This document shows positions 23,875-33,817 of a stretch of DNA of 64,000 nt, in pieces. Position numbers and translations under genes: made by a program. This DNA comes from an uncultured delta proteobacterium (lineage in GTDB: Bacteria; Desulfobacterota; Binatia; HRBIN30; BPIQ01). The notes under the pieces are model-generated. The model had not been told where the DNA came from. It was given only the letters and a program-made list of their open reading frames with translations, and did no database searches. The stretch's first letter is position 1; each line of letters starts with the position of its first letter. The stretch spans positions 64,001-128,000 of the forward strand of contig CAVXGR010000013.1 of NCBI GenBank assembly GCA_963761335.1. The letters are read 5' to 3'.

Positions 23875-24729
23875 ATGCGGGGAAGCTCGAGCGGCGGCAT
23901 CGTTCGTCCGCCGCGCCGCCCGGCGGGCTGGCGCGCCACGGGCCCGCTGCCGGCGGCGCCGGCGGACCGGCCGGAGCTGTGGCCGCGCCCCGGAGAGGAT
24001 CTCTGCCACCTCGCCGGAGACTGGCGGATCCTGCAGATCGTCGGCGGGCATCGCTGGTCGCTCGATGACCTGGTCACCGCTTGGTTCGCCGCCGAAGCCT
24101 GCGACGTGACTGCCCCGGGGCGCATCGCCGACCTCGGCTGCGGCATCGGCGCCGTCCTCATGCTGCTCGCCTGGCGCTTCCCCGCGGCGCGCCTCCTCGG
24201 CATCGAAGCGCAGGAGGAGAGCGTCTCGCTGGCCCGGCGGTCGATCGCGTGGAACGGCGCCGAGGGGCGCTGTGCGGTGCAGCACGGCGATCTGCGTCAG
24301 CTGATCGCCGCTGCCCGCTTCGACCTGGTCACCGGCACCCCGCCGTATATCGCGGCGGGCGCCGGACGCGTACCGCGCCGGGCGCTGCAGGCGGGCTGCC
24401 ACATCGAGCAGCGCGGTGGGCTGGAGGAATACTGCGGCGCCGCCGTCCGACTTCTCGCTCCCCGTGGCCGCTTCGTCTTCTGCCACTCGGCGGCGCAGCT
24501 CGCCCGGGTCGATGCGGCGGCGGCCGCCGCCGGGCTGCACCTCGAACGCCGCCTCGAGGTCGTTCCGCGCGCCGGCAAGCGCGCCCTGTTCACCGTCTTT
24601 CTGGCGCGTCTCTCGGCGCCGACGGCCGCGCCCTGCGAGGTCCTGGAGCCGCTCGTGGTGCGCGACGCGCGGGGACAGCGAACCGGCCGGTTCCAAGCCC
24701 TGCGCGCCGCGATGGGCATGCCGCCCTGA
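23875..24729 (+). CDS. SAM-dependent methyltransferase (TrmN6/YfiC-like)
   Basis: GHRWSLDD, DLGCGIG, TGTPPY. Confidence 0.75.
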   Translation: MRGSSSGGIVRPPRRPAGWRATGPLPAAPADRPELWPRPGEDLCHLAGDWRILQIVGGHRWSLDDLVTAWFAAEACDVTAPGRIADLGCGIGAVLMLLAWRFPAARLLGIEAQEESVSLARRSIAWNGAEGRCAVQHGDLRQLIAAARFDLVTGTPPYIAAGAGRVPRRALQAGCHIEQRGGLEEYCGAAVRLLAPRGRFVFCHSAAQLARVDAAAAAAGLHLERRLEVVPRAGKRALFTVFLARLSAPTAAPCEVLEPLVVRDARGQRTGRFQALRAAMGMPP

Positions 24730-24797
24730 GCCCGCCGAGTAGCCGTTCTCAATCCCTCCCCCGCGGCATGCCGCACGCGGGGGAGGGATCCCGGTGA

Positions 24798-27700
24798 TTA
24801 CCGCTCGATGCAGGCCAGCTTGTGATCGCGCGGCTGCTTGCAGTGGCCGATCTCGTCGAGCCGATGTACGGTGGCAGTCAGCGGATCAGCGGTCGTGCCC
24901 TGAGAGAGCGTCACCGTCACCGGGGCGGCGAGCGCCGTGGTCCCGGTGACACTGTCCGCGAGTCGCCGGGCGCTGACCCGACTATTGAAGACCAGCGGTC
25001 CCTGGCGGGTAGGCCGAAATACCGCCCGGATGTTCCTGTCGACGCTGCGGCACACGATCTTCTGGTGCGGGCCCTTCAGCGCGCAGCCGCTCAGCGGCAG
25101 CGTCACGTCGAACCCCGCCGAGTCCTGGACTCGCAGCGAAGCCGATCCGGCGAGCGCGCTGGCGCGCAGAGCACCGCCGGTGTCATTGTCGTTCACCAGC
25201 ATGCGCACGATGATCCTGCCGTTGTCGGGGTGCACAGAGGTATCGAGCCGCAGGCGAGCGACGCTGACGACCACGGATGACGGAGAGGTGCTGGCGTCGC
25301 AGACGTCTCCGGCCCCATCGGAATCGAGATCCGACTGGTCGCCATTGGCAGCGGCCGGGCAGTTGTCGTCGGCATTGCAGACACCATCGCCGTCGCCGTC
25401 GCCGCCACCGCCGGTGTTGGTGCAGGCTCCGCTCTGACAGGTGTCGGCCTCGCCGCAGGTGTCGGTGCCGGTGTCGCAGGCGGTCAGATCGGGCAACGAC
25501 TCGCAGGTGCCGCTCGGCTCCAGGCACACTCCGCTCAGACACTGTCCGGAGCATACTGTCGGAGATCCGGCCTCACACATCTCCGTTCCCAGGTTGCAGG
25601 TTTCCGTACCCGTGCACGTCAGCCCGTCGTCGCACTGAGAGTCGGCGGAGCAGCTGACGCAGGCGGGAACGAAGGTCGCGAAGGGATCGAAGTCGACATT
25701 CGCAGTGACCGGGTCCCCCGATCCCGGACCGCTTCCGCCAGGACCATCTGCCGCGCCCCACCAGTTGTCCTCCGCATCGACCACACCCGCCTGCAGGCTG
25801 GAGGCGCTCATGCCGGAGAGGTTGCCGGCAAAGGAGTTCTCGTGAACCGTGATCGGGTTGGCGCCTGCGTCGGCGCCGACGACGAAGATGCCGGCGCCGA
25901 CGTCGCAATCGCTGTCGGCGGAGCAAGCGTCGTCGATCGCTCCGCTGAGGCAGAGCCCCGAGCCTCCGATGTCGCAGGTGCCCGGCTGCCGGTTGTCGCG
26001 GATCCGGTTGCAGGTGGCGGTGACCACGCTGGTATCGGCCGTGTCGTAGCCGATGGCAATCCCCGTGGTGTTGCTCTCCATGATGTTGCCCTCCACCGTC
26101 GCCCCGGAGCCCGGACCGAAGTACGTGGTCACCAGGACTCCCGCCGAGGTGGAGCCGTCGGAGGATGCCTGACCGCGGTTGTCGGTGACGGTGTTGCCCG
26201 AGACGGTCACCTGCGCGCCGTTGCCGATGTCGAGCATGTAGTCGAGGTGATCCCCGTCGCCCTTGCCGGTATACATGTTGTCGCTGAAGGTGGACCCGGT
26301 GACGTCCGGCCCGAAGTAGTTGACGCCGACGCGGCCGATCTCGGTGAACATGCAGTTCGAGACGTCTACCGGACCGGTTCCGAACGCCGCCAGGGCCGTG
26401 CCGTTGTAGGTTGGATACTTGATCTCGTTGAAGAGAACGTTGTCGATCGCGCCCTGGCCCTTGTGGCGAATCGCCTGCCAGATGTTGAAGCCGGTGCCGT
26501 CCAGCGTCAGATCGCTCAGGTTGAAGGTGATGCCGCTATCGACCAGGAACCAGCCGCGCGGATCGCCGTTGTTGCCGGTGCTTCCGGTCGCGTGGACCAC
26601 TGTCGCCGTCTTGCCGGCGCCGACCACCGACACGTCCTTGTCGACGACGATCTGAGGCCCCTCCGCGAACGAACCCGACGAGAGGCTGATGGTATCGCCG
26701 CTCGGACAGGCGACGTCGATGGCGTGCTGAATGGTGGCGCACGGCGCGCCGGAGTCGCGGCAGTCGTTCAGCATGTCGTCTCCTCCGACGGCGACGTACC
26801 GGGTCGTCGGGCACGCCTGCGCGATGAGGATCGGATCATTGTCGTCGTCGGCCACCGGGTTCGGATCGGCGCCGTCGCAGTTCACGTTGCTGAACGACGA
26901 CTCGGCGCTCTGCGGTGATGAGCTGCCCTCCTCGATCGCCATGAAGATCGCCTGGCCCGGGATCACGTCGATTCCCGTTGCCGATCCCACCGCGGGCTCC
27001 AGGAGCAGGGAACCCAGAGGCGGGGTCAGCGTCGCGATCACCGAGTTGATGTCGTTCCGGTCGATGACCGTCACGGTTCGCCCATCGGTGCTGACCAGGA
27101 CGTGATCCCCGTCGATGGCCACATCGAACGCCCCGGCAAGGGCGCGTTTGCTCACCGTGCTGCCGTCCGGGCTGATCAGGAACAGCGTCCCGTCATTCTC
27201 CGCCACCCAGACGTTGCCGTCGGCGTCGCTCGCCAGGCCGCGCATGTCATTGGTGGCAGCGCCGGCCGAATCCAATCCGACGTGCACGATGCCGTCACCG
27301 TCAAAGGCCGGGTCGAGCACAGTGGCGCGCGCCACGCTGCCGCCGCCGGCGATCGTCGTCTCGTCGACGATCATCCGATAGACCTCGTCGGTCCCGCGGT
27401 CGGCGGCATAGACATAGAAGCTGGAGCCGTCTCGGCGGGCGACGTGGATCCCGTTGGTCGTCGTGAAGCCGGTGATCGACAGCAACAAAGTGGTCAGATT
27501 GGCGTCGAAGACCTGGATCGCCGTCGACCGCGTGGCCCACACCCGGCCGGTATCGTCAGTCGCCAGGGCCTTCGGGTTGTCGAGCGCGTCGGGGAGGCAT
27601 GTGCCGGTGTACCCGCCGGCCGAGCACGAGGCACTGTTGAAGTGCACCTCGGCGACCACCGCGCAAGAGTCGGCGGGATCCGGAAAGGAGAGATCGATCT

Positions 27701-27980
27701 TGCGGATCTGTCTGTGCTGGTTGTAGCCGAGATAAAGAAACTGGCCGTCCGGCGAGAGCGCCAGGCCTCGCAGGCTGCGCGGCTCCCCCGCGCCGGGTCC
27801 CTGTCCAATGCCAAAGGGTGCGTCATCGTCGTCGACGATGTTCTGCACACCCCATTCGAGGTCGGTGAGTGAGATCTCCGCGCGCGCCAACGCGCCGCCG
27901 AAGACGAGAGCGCCCACAACTGGCGCGAGGATCGCCCCGAGAGCGAACGAACGCCATTGGCCAAAGCATGTCCTTTGCAT
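24798..27980 (-). CDS. Large secreted multidomain protein (beta-propeller-like, parallel beta-helix, Cys-rich and TSP3-type repeats)
   Basis: GGAGGA RBS and signal peptide; PCATIQHAID; DAEDNWWGAADGP; DGDGDGVCNADDNCP..DLDSDGAGDVCD. Confidence 0.8.
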   Translation of the reverse strand: MQRTCFGQWRSFALGAILAPVVGALVFGGALARAEISLTDLEWGVQNIVDDDDAPFGIGQGPGAGEPRSLRGLALSPDGQFLYLGYNQHRQIRKIDLSFPDPADSCAVVAEVHFNSASCSAGGYTGTCLPDALDNPKALATDDTGRVWATRSTAIQVFDANLTTLLLSITGFTTTNGIHVARRDGSSFYVYAADRGTDEVYRMIVDETTIAGGGSVARATVLDPAFDGDGIVHVGLDSAGAATNDMRGLASDADGNVWVAENDGTLFLISPDGSTVSKRALAGAFDVAIDGDHVLVSTDGRTVTVIDRNDINSVIATLTPPLGSLLLEPAVGSATGIDVIPGQAIFMAIEEGSSSPQSAESSFSNVNCDGADPNPVADDDNDPILIAQACPTTRYVAVGGDDMLNDCRDSGAPCATIQHAIDVACPSGDTISLSSGSFAEGPQIVVDKDVSVVGAGKTATVVHATGSTGNNGDPRGWFLVDSGITFNLSDLTLDGTGFNIWQAIRHKGQGAIDNVLFNEIKYPTYNGTALAAFGTGPVDVSNCMFTEIGRVGVNYFGPDVTGSTFSDNMYTGKGDGDHLDYMLDIGNGAQVTVSGNTVTDNRGQASSDGSTSAGVLVTTYFGPGSGATVEGNIMESNTTGIAIGYDTADTSVVTATCNRIRDNRQPGTCDIGGSGLCLSGAIDDACSADSDCDVGAGIFVVGADAGANPITVHENSFAGNLSGMSASSLQAGVVDAEDNWWGAADGPGGSGPGSGDPVTANVDFDPFATFVPACVSCSADSQCDDGLTCTGTETCNLGTEMCEAGSPTVCSGQCLSGVCLEPSGTCESLPDLTACDTGTDTCGEADTCQSGACTNTGGGGDGDGDGVCNADDNCPAAANGDQSDLDSDGAGDVCDASTSPSSVVVSVARLRLDTSVHPDNGRIIVRMLVNDNDTGGALRASALAGSASLRVQDSAGFDVTLPLSGCALKGPHQKIVCRSVDRNIRAVFRPTRQGPLVFNSRVSARRLADSVTGTTALAAPVTVTLSQGTTADPLTATVHRLDEIGHCKQPRDHKLACIER

Positions 27981-28276
27981 CGTTTCCTCCTGAGTCCAGG
28001 ACCGCGAGGCGGTGCCCTCACGATCTTCCGTGGTCTCTCCTCCCGATGTCGCATTCCCCCGATGGCGGGAGGGCTGCACCCTGTGTGCCGCGAGAAGCAG
28101 TATGCGCGCCGCAAGGCGTCCTCGACAAGCTGGGGAATCCCCCAATACCTGCAGGGTAACCCCCTATGGTGAGTCCCTATCGCTGTGAGTGAGCCGGGCG
28201 AGGTGTGGGCGGCGGCACAGGGGTGCAGCGGCGCCCGCCCCGGGCCCGGGGGCGGGGGCGGGCGCCAGGTGCCGGG

Positions 28277-29656
28277 CTACACGCTCGGCTGGATGTTCTG
28301 GTTGATGCGGAAGAGGTTCTGCGGGTCGTATCGGGCCTTGATCTCGCGCAGCCGGTCGTAGTTGCCGCGGTAGGCGGCGCGCACTTGCTCCTGGCCCTCG
28401 TCCATCATCAGGTTGACGTACGATCCGCCTGCGGAATGAGGGTGCATCGCGTCCCAGTACTCGCGCGACCAGGCGATCATCTGCTCGCAGCTCGAGGGGT
28501 CCCGGTCGACGCCGACGATCACCTCGGCGAAGTTCGCATCGCGGAAGCTGAAAGCCGTCTCCTCGCTGCCCACTCGATGGACCGCGCCATTGATCGGGTA
28601 CAGATGCATGGTCGAGAGGGCCGTGGGAAGCTTCGCGGCGTGCTCGAGATGTCGGGCGATCGCCTCCTCGCTGAAGCTCTCGAAGAAGTCGCCTTTCCAG
28701 TACCAGTGCAGCCCGGGCGGATAGAAGGCGTCGAACATGCTCTGCAGCGCCGGAAAGGGAAGCGGTCCGGTGAAGTCAATCGCCGGCTCGCCGAAGTCGC
28801 GGACGGGGGCGAAGCGCTCGTCCTTCTGGTCGAGCGGTCCCAGGTAGCACCAGGTGACGGCGCACATCTTCTGCAGGTGGAAGGCCTCGGGAAACGGCGG
28901 CGCCGGCGGTACGGTCATGAAACCGAACCAGCCGTTGATGTCCTCGGGCGCCTCGAGAATGAAGTCCTGCCAGCGCTTCATCACCTCCGGGGCGCGATCC
29001 AATGGCCAGAGCATCGGCCCACCGAAGACCGTGTCTACCTCGTGCAGGCGGAACTCGAACGAGGTCACCACGCCGAAGTTGCCACCGCCGCCGCGCACCG
29101 CCCAGAACAGATCGGCGTTCTCATTCTCGCTGGCGGTGACGAAGCGGCCGTCGGCGAGCACCATGTCGACCCCGAGCAGGTTGTCGATGCTGAGCCCATG
29201 GCGCCGCGCCAGATAGCCGATGCCGCCGCCCAGTGTCAGCCCGCCGACGCCGGTGGTGGAGATGAAGCCACTGGGCGTCGCCCGCCCGAAGGCGTGGGTC
29301 GCGTGGTCGACGGCACCCCAGGTGGAGCCGCCTTCCGCCCGCACCGTGCGCCGGGCCGGATCGACACGGCGGCCGTCCATGGCCGACAGGTCGACGACCA
29401 TACCATCGTCGCACGTGCACAGACCGGGTGCGCTGTGCCCTCCGCCGCGCACGGCGAGCGGCAGGTCGTGCTCGCGGGCGAAGCGGACGGCAGCGATGAC
29501 GTCGGCGGCGTCGGAACAGCGCGCGATCAGCGCCGGCCGGCGGTCGATCATGGCATTGTAGATGCGGCGCGCCGCCTCGTAATCGGCGCCCTCCGGCTGA
29601 ATCAATGCGCCTCGGAAACCTCCCGCAAGCTCCGCGATCGATGATCTCTCCAGCAT
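28277..29656 (-). CDS. FAD-binding oxidoreductase (berberine-bridge/VAO family)
   Basis: RGGGHS, GVGGLTLGGG, RGGGGNFGVV, YDPQNLFRINQNI. Confidence 0.92.
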   Translation of the reverse strand: MLERSSIAELAGGFRGALIQPEGADYEAARRIYNAMIDRRPALIARCSDAADVIAAVRFAREHDLPLAVRGGGHSAPGLCTCDDGMVVDLSAMDGRRVDPARRTVRAEGGSTWGAVDHATHAFGRATPSGFISTTGVGGLTLGGGIGYLARRHGLSIDNLLGVDMVLADGRFVTASENENADLFWAVRGGGGNFGVVTSFEFRLHEVDTVFGGPMLWPLDRAPEVMKRWQDFILEAPEDINGWFGFMTVPPAPPFPEAFHLQKMCAVTWCYLGPLDQKDERFAPVRDFGEPAIDFTGPLPFPALQSMFDAFYPPGLHWYWKGDFFESFSEEAIARHLEHAAKLPTALSTMHLYPINGAVHRVGSEETAFSFRDANFAEVIVGVDRDPSSCEQMIAWSREYWDAMHPHSAGGSYVNLMMDEGQEQVRAAYRGNYDRLREIKARYDPQNLFRINQNIQPSV

Positions 29657-29817
29657 GTGATCCTCCCTTTCTGCCGGCACATGCCGCTCGGGCATCTGCC
29701 CGGCGTCTGCGGCGACGAGACGCCCTGGGGACTTTCCGCTGGCGGAGAGGGCTCGAGTGCTTCGTCGCCCAGATCAGATTTGCGATCAGCTTTGACGCTA
29801 GCGCCTTCGAGCGGCAG

Positions 29818-30639
29818 CTACAATTGCACTTCGTGAAATCGGATCGGCTTCTCGAAGCCCTTCACCAGCAGCTCGCCGACGTCGATGAAATGGACGAGCT
29901 TGCCGATACAGAGCTCGGCGACCACGTTGGAAACGAGAATCTGACCGGGGCGCGCGTGGGCGCAGGCGCGAGCCGCGAGCTGGACGGTGGCGCCGAACAG
30001 ATCGGCATTGTCCTCCACCGGCTCTCCGGCGCTCAGACCGATGCGCACGCGGAACGGTGTAGCCGCGCCATTGCGGTTGTGGACATCCAGGGCGCGCTGC
30101 ACGGCGATGGCGCAATCGACTGCGGAGAACGCCGACGAAAACACCGCCATGATGCCGTCACCGGTGTGCTTGACCTCTCGTCCGCCGTGGGATGCCAGAG
30201 CATCGCGGATGATGGCGTCGTGCACGCGCAAGACCTTCAGCGCCTCGACATCCCCGAGCCTCTGGGTGATGGTGGTGGAGCCCTCCATATCGGTGAACAT
30301 GATGGTCCGAATCCCGGTGTCGACGCCGCCCCCGCCGGCGCGCACCACCGCGCCCACGGAGTTGGTCTCGGCATCGCCGAGCAGGGCCTGCACAGTCCCC
30401 TTCTCGACCTCGATGATCTCGTCGGCAACAATACCGTGCGCCTCGCGGTGCACGGCGGCAGCCGCCTCGGCGCTCGGCGCCTCCACCAGGCAGAATATCC
30501 GCCCTGCCTGCTCGTTGAACCAGTAACTGAGGTAGCGCACCTCGTGTGCGTCCTGAACTTTCAGGTCGGCGAGGTGTGCCGCGGCCACGTCGTCGGGCGT
30601 GGCGCCGTGCAGCTTGTGGATATCCATGAACAGCGGCAT
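29818..30639 (-). CDS. DUF4242 (SCO4226-like) plus class III adenylate/guanylate cyclase domain protein
   Basis: FMDIH..AAHLAD..YW..FCL..HREAHG N-terminus; FTDMEGST, KHTGDG, DLFG cyclase motifs. Confidence 0.85.
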   Translation of the reverse strand: MPLFMDIHKLHGATPDDVAAAHLADLKVQDAHEVRYLSYWFNEQAGRIFCLVEAPSAEAAAAVHREAHGIVADEIIEVEKGTVQALLGDAETNSVGAVVRAGGGGVDTGIRTIMFTDMEGSTTITQRLGDVEALKVLRVHDAIIRDALASHGGREVKHTGDGIMAVFSSAFSAVDCAIAVQRALDVHNRNGAATPFRVRIGLSAGEPVEDNADLFGATVQLAARACAHARPGQILVSNVVAELCIGKLVHFIDVGELLVKGFEKPIRFHEVQL

Positions 30640-30791
30640 CGATGGGCTCTCGTGCTTCGCTATCGCTTGTAGCTCTTTGAGCTATCGACGGCCAGCAGGA
30701 GTTACTGTGGCACGCGATGTCTGGAATATTTCCAGCCCGCGTCAGCGCTTCTCTTCCGCATCGCCTGCGGGAGAGAAGCGCCACCGCGACC

Positions 30792-31397
30792 TCAGTCCGC
30801 CGGCACGCACTGCGCCTGCGGCGGACAGGGCGCGCGCACACAGAGCACCGGCACCAGCTCGCACTTTTGTCCCTGCGGGCAGGGAACACCGACACACGTA
30901 TCGGCGCAGAAGCGCTCCCCGGTGGGCGGATAGATCAGCCACTCCTGGTTCGACTTGCAGGGGAACTCACACGGTCCCGCGCCGCATCGGCGCTCGCACT
31001 CCTCGCGCGTCTCGAACCTGTTGCCGTTGCCACCGCAGCCGCCCCAGACGAAGAGCTCGCAGGCGCCGGTCGCCGGATTGTGCCACCAGCGGAGAAAGGC
31101 AGCGTCGCACGGGCCCGGATCCGCGGGGAGGCTGCAGATGTCGGAGCTCATGTCGCACGAAATCCCGGCGTCACCCGTCAGGCGCTCGAACATGCGCCGC
31201 AGCCGCTTGCAGGAGGGCCGATCGGGCGTGGCCGTACAGCTCCGGCGGCAGTACTTGGCGCAGAGGCGCGCCTCGAGGCCGCCCCGTCCGGGACACAGCG
31301 CTTCCGCCGCCAGTGTTGACGACGCCGACAGCGTCAAAACGAGAGCAACTGCCATCCACAGTCGCGGGAGCGCGTGAGAGTCGCGGGGGGGCATCAT
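30792..31397 (-). CDS. Secreted BPTI/Kunitz-domain Cys-rich protein
   Basis: CSLPADPGPCDAAFLRWW..CELFVWGGCGGNGNRFETREECERRC gives a full 6-Cys Kunitz pattern; signal peptide; start uncertain. Confidence 0.85.
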   Translation of the reverse strand: MMPPRDSHALPRLWMAVALVLTLSASSTLAAEALCPGRGGLEARLCAKYCRRSCTATPDRPSCKRLRRMFERLTGDAGISCDMSSDICSLPADPGPCDAAFLRWWHNPATGACELFVWGGCGGNGNRFETREECERRCGAGPCEFPCKSNQEWLIYPPTGERFCADTCVGVPCPQGQKCELVPVLCVRAPCPPQAQCVPAD

Positions 31398-31525
31398 GTC
31401 GCTCCGATGACTCGGCCCAGTCATCCGGTCCTCTCCACCATCGCCCCGCCGTCCGCCGCTTGTCAAGGCAAGAGCGTTCGCGGCCGCACCCGGATCCGGG
31501 TCCGACGCTCAAGAATTCCCAACAA

Positions 31526-32803
31526 TCAACACCTCACCCCGGCGATCTCCTCGTTCACCTTCTCTGCGGCCTCCAGCGCCAAGGCGTGGCCACAACCGGG
31601 AATGACCACGGTGCGGGCCCCGGGGATGGCCCGTCCCACCTGCTCCCCACCGGGTGTGAGCAGATCGTCGCCGGCGGCGAGAACCAACACCGGCACCGCG
31701 ATGCGGGCCAGGTCGGCGCGACGGCTCCCCGACCAGGCGCGCATGCCGGCGGCGGCGCGCTCCAGGGTGAGCGCTGGAACCCGCGCCGCGATCGCCGCCA
31801 GTCCGCGCGCGGTGCGCTCGCGCACCGCGACATCGGCGAGCGTCCGCGGCGAGAAGAGCCACGGCAGGAGCGCGCGCGCCAAGGTCTCCGCCGACGACTC
31901 GCACGCCACCCGGCACCACGCGTCGACGACGGCGTCGAGGCGAGGGGTCATCTCGACGAACGGCGTGATGAGCACCAGGGAGCGCACTTTCTGTGCATGC
32001 GACAGCGCCATCTCGATGGCCACCGCGGCGCCGAGGCTGGCACCGACCACGTGTGCCGGCGAGCTTGTCACGGCCGCCGCATCGGCTGCCGCGTCGGCGA
32101 CGTGATAGGCGTCCGCCGCCGGCGCGTCCGAAAGCCCAACCCCGCGCGGGTTGACGCCGAGCACGCGGAAGCGCCGCGCCAGCGCCGGGATCTGCCGCGC
32201 AAAGGCGGAGACGTCGGTGCCGAACCCCGGCAGAAGAAGCAACGGCTCGCCCTCTCCCTGCTCCGGCACCTCGAGCGACACGCCCGGATCCACCTCGCGC
32301 AGATCGCGGCGCCGCTCCGCCCATGCCTCGACGTCCTCGCGGGTGATGCGGCCGCCCGGTCCGCTGCCGCCGATGCCGGCGAGATCGGCTCCGAGCTGCC
32401 GCGCCAGGGAGCGCGCCGCCGGGGTCGCCGCCGGCGCGCCGCTGCGCAGGGATGGCACCGACGCCTGACTCGCAACCGCAGCGCCGGACGCCGGCGCCGC
32501 CGGGGCCGGCCTCTCGGGCCGATCGTGCTGCTTGCGGAAGGCCTCGGCATCGAGTGGCTCGTCGCTGCTTTCGCAGATCGCCGCCAGCAGCGTGCCGCAG
32601 GGGACCGTCGTCCCCGCAGCGATGTACAAATGGCGCAGCACGCCGGACACCGGCGCCTCGATCTCCACCTCGGTCTTCTCCGACTCGATGATGAGAACGG
32701 TCTGGCCTCTCTCGACCCGCGCCCCGACCTCGACCGGCCAGGAGATGACCCGCCCCTCACGCATGGTCATGCCGAGCTTCGGCATGGCGAGCGGAACGGC
32801 CAT
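31526..32803 (-). CDS. acoC: AcoC-like lipoyl/E3-binding/alpha-beta hydrolase protein
   Basis: MPKLGMTMREG..ESEK lipoyl domain; GSGPGGRITREDV; GASLG hydrolase motif. Confidence 0.75.
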   Translation of the reverse strand: MAVPLAMPKLGMTMREGRVISWPVEVGARVERGQTVLIIESEKTEVEIEAPVSGVLRHLYIAAGTTVPCGTLLAAICESSDEPLDAEAFRKQHDRPERPAPAAPASGAAVASQASVPSLRSGAPAATPAARSLARQLGADLAGIGGSGPGGRITREDVEAWAERRRDLREVDPGVSLEVPEQGEGEPLLLLPGFGTDVSAFARQIPALARRFRVLGVNPRGVGLSDAPAADAYHVADAAADAAAVTSSPAHVVGASLGAAVAIEMALSHAQKVRSLVLITPFVEMTPRLDAVVDAWCRVACESSAETLARALLPWLFSPRTLADVAVRERTARGLAAIAARVPALTLERAAAGMRAWSGSRRADLARIAVPVLVLAAGDDLLTPGGEQVGRAIPGARTVVIPGCGHALALEAAEKVNEEIAGVRC

Positions 32804-33813
32804 CAGCCCATCTCGCGCACCGCGGCCAGCACCTGCGCCACCGAGGGAACGTAGGCGTCCTCGAGCACCGGGCTGAAGGGCACCGGCGCATGCGGCGCCG
32901 TCACCCGCTTCACCGGGGCGTTGAGGGTGTCGAAGCCGCGATCGACGCAGAGCGCCGCGATGTCGCTGGCGATGCCACAGCGCGGCGGTGCCTCGTCGAT
33001 CACCACCAGGCGGCCGGTCTTCCGCAGAGTCTCCAGCACCGCCTCGCTGTCGAGCGGCTGCAGGGAGCGCAGGTCGAGCACCTCGGCGCTGATGCCCTCA
33101 CCCTCGAGCTCGGCCGCCGCCTGCAGCGCCGTTTGCACGGTGCGCCCAAAGCCCACCAGAGACACGTCGCTGCCCTGGCGCACCAGGCGCGCCTGCCCGA
33201 TGGGGACCTCGTAGTCGCCTTCCGGCACCTCGCCGGAGACGAAGAGAAGCGACTTCGGCTCGCAGAAGACCACCGGGTCGTCGTCGCGAATGGCGGCCAG
33301 CAGCAATCCCTTGGCGTCGGTCGGCGTGGAGGGGATGACGGTCTTCAGCCCGGGGATCGCCGTGGTCATCCAGTACAGGGACTGCGAGTGCTGCGCCGCG
33401 GCTCGCAGCCCGGCGCCGGTCGAGGTGCGCACCGTCAGCGGCACCCGCGCCTTGCCGCCGAACATGTAGCGCAGCTTCGCCGCCTGGTTGAGCAACGGGT
33501 CGAGGGAGACGCCGATGAAGTCGATGAACATCAGCTCCGCCACCGGCCGCAGCCCGGTTGCCGCCGCGCCGACAGCCGCGCCGAGAAAGCCCATCTCGCT
33601 GATCGGCGTGTCGCGGACGCGCTCGGGGCCGAAGGCCTTCAGCAGCCCGCGGGTGGCACCCATGATTCCGCCCCAGGCCTCCTCAATTCCCTGGTCCTTG
33701 CGACCACCGCCACCGGCGATGTCTTCCCCGAGAACGATGACATCGGGATCCGCCGCCATGGCGATGTGCAATGCCTCGTTGATCGCCATCACCATCGGGA
33801 GCTCGCGCGCCAT
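32803..33813 (-). CDS. acoB: TPP-dependent dehydrogenase E1 beta subunit (acetoin dehydrogenase type)
   Basis: DTPISE, AKLRYMFGGK, AAAQHSQ. Confidence 0.85.
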   Translation of the reverse strand: MARELPMVMAINEALHIAMAADPDVIVLGEDIAGGGGRKDQGIEEAWGGIMGATRGLLKAFGPERVRDTPISEMGFLGAAVGAAATGLRPVAELMFIDFIGVSLDPLLNQAAKLRYMFGGKARVPLTVRTSTGAGLRAAAQHSQSLYWMTTAIPGLKTVIPSTPTDAKGLLLAAIRDDDPVVFCEPKSLLFVSGEVPEGDYEVPIGQARLVRQGSDVSLVGFGRTVQTALQAAAELEGEGISAEVLDLRSLQPLDSEAVLETLRKTGRLVVIDEAPPRCGIASDIAALCVDRGFDTLNAPVKRVTAPHAPVPFSPVLEDAYVPSVAQVLAAVREMG

Positions 33814-33817
33814 GACA

